The notes beneath the pieces were generated by a model that saw nothing but the letters and a program-made list of their open reading frames with translations, was not told where the DNA came from and searched no databases. Made by a program: the position numbers and the translations under genes. This document shows, piece by piece, positions 63,088 through 64,000 of a DNA stretch of 64,000 bases. This DNA comes from an uncultured Gammaproteobacteria bacterium. GTDB taxonomy: Bacteria; Patescibacteriota; Microgenomatia; Levybacterales; GWA1-39-11. Location of the stretch: positions 601-64,600 of the forward strand of contig CAZYWG010000009.1 in NCBI GenBank assembly GCA_964651815.1. The letters are read 5' to 3'. Each line of letters starts with the position of its first letter. Within the stretch, counting starts at the first letter, position 1.

Positions 63088-63657
63088 ATGGACATTCTCA
63101 GAAAATTTTATTCAGTAGCAATTGACCTAGTTGAAACGCTTGTTATAGCAGGAGCAATTTTTGTAGTAATTTATGCTTTTCTTTTTAGGCCATTTCAGGT
63201 CAACGGCCAATCCATGTACCCAAATTATCACGATGGTGAATATATACTTACCAATCTTATTGCGCTTCGTCTCGGGTCAATTAATAGAGGCGATGTTATA
63301 GTTTTTCAGGCACCACCTGACCCGGAAAAAGATTACATAAAAAGGGTAATTGGACTACCGGGTGACCAAATTGAGGTTAAAAACGGAGGGGTTTTGGTAA
63401 ATGGAAAAGTACTTAACGAGTCTGATTATCTTGCGAGTGACGTCCTGTCGTCTCAAGGTTCATATCTTACAGAAGGGAAAACCATAACTGTTCCACAAGG
63501 GAATTATTTTGTTATGGGAGATAACAGGCCTGAAAGTTCCGACTCGCGTGCGTGGGGATTTGTACCCAAAGATAAAATAATAGGCGAATCATTTTTTGTT
63601 TACTGGCCAGTGACACGGATGAGGCTTGTTAAACGTGGGAAATACGGCGCAAACTAA
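63088..63657 (+). CDS. lepB: Signal peptidase I
   Basis: GQSMYP (catalytic Ser), YIKRVIGLPGD (Lys), GDNRPESSDSR. Confidence 0.95.
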   Translation: MDILRKFYSVAIDLVETLVIAGAIFVVIYAFLFRPFQVNGQSMYPNYHDGEYILTNLIALRLGSINRGDVIVFQAPPDPEKDYIKRVIGLPGDQIEVKNGGVLVNGKVLNESDYLASDVLSSQGSYLTEGKTITVPQGNYFVMGDNRPESSDSRAWGFVPKDKIIGESFFVYWPVTRMRLVKRGKYGAN

Positions 63658-64000
63658 TCTGCTTTTGAGGTTAATCTTTCAGTCAAATCTTCAATAGCTT
63701 TTCTTGTCTCCTCTTCATCGCCCTTTATTTCAATTTTGATTATTGCTTTCAACCTTGATTGGTCTATCCTTACCATTGTGTAGCCTCGTGCTTCTTTAAT
63801 TGCAAGAGATTTGTTGTCAAGCTCTGGAATGTACATTTTGTCGCGCTTCTTGTGCGGTTCTTTCTTTTGAACTTCAGACTTAAGTTGACGCGCTACTTCT
63901 TCTGCCCCTCTGACGGAGATTCCCTCAACTAGAATCTTCTTGAACGCCTGGAGCATAAGCTTAGGGTCACCAATTGAGATTAATGGCCTAACATGGCCCT
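63654..64000 (-). CDS. parB: ParB/Spo0J chromosome partition protein, 3' part (runs off window end)
   Basis: Frame stays open to the edge: GHVRPLISI...ISVRGAEEVA matches the ParB GHARAL...LSVR.TE..V region. Confidence 0.75.
   Translation of the reverse strand, partial: GHVRPLISIGDPKLMLQAFKKILVEGISVRGAEEVARQLKSEVQKKEPHKKRDKMYIPELDNKSLAIKEARGYTMVRIDQSRLKAIIKIEIKGDEEETRKAIEDLTERLTSKAD

Overview
AT-rich, gene-dense bacterial chromosome segment. Gene content, promoter style and short heptamer repeats suggest a Patescibacteria (CPR, Microgenomates-like) genome; this is inference. The left half is mostly housekeeping: rplS, pyrG, tRNA-Gly(CCC), tRNA-Asp(GTC), a LysM protein, PolX-PHP, lemA-htpX, murT-[APH-like kinase]-gatD, gatC-[ORF]-gatA-gatB, a GGDEF protein, dnaE and a complete atpBEFHAGDC operon. 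From about 31.6 to 63 kb lies a large surface-glycosylation island (many GT-C membrane proteins, GT2/GT4-to-GT-C fusions, Wzx, an O-antigen-ligase-like protein, two sugar C-methyltransferases, NDP-sugar enzymes), which also contains tRNA-Val(CAC); lepB and the 3' end of parB follow. The most unusual element is a 1.3 kb locus (2648-3904): a stand-alone cyanophycin-synthetase N-domain-like HxxEH protein flanked by two tiny KGG-motif ORFs missed by the ORF track (one acidic, one basic). Both small ORFs have strong Shine-Dalgarno sites and their own terminators, and they share a promoter motif with identical spacing. Other notable points: widespread leaderless promoters, C55 in two tRNA T-loops, a probable pseudo-asparaginase/pseudokinase pair, and an unexplained 730 bp non-coding gap. 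No CRISPR array, rRNA or transposase was seen.
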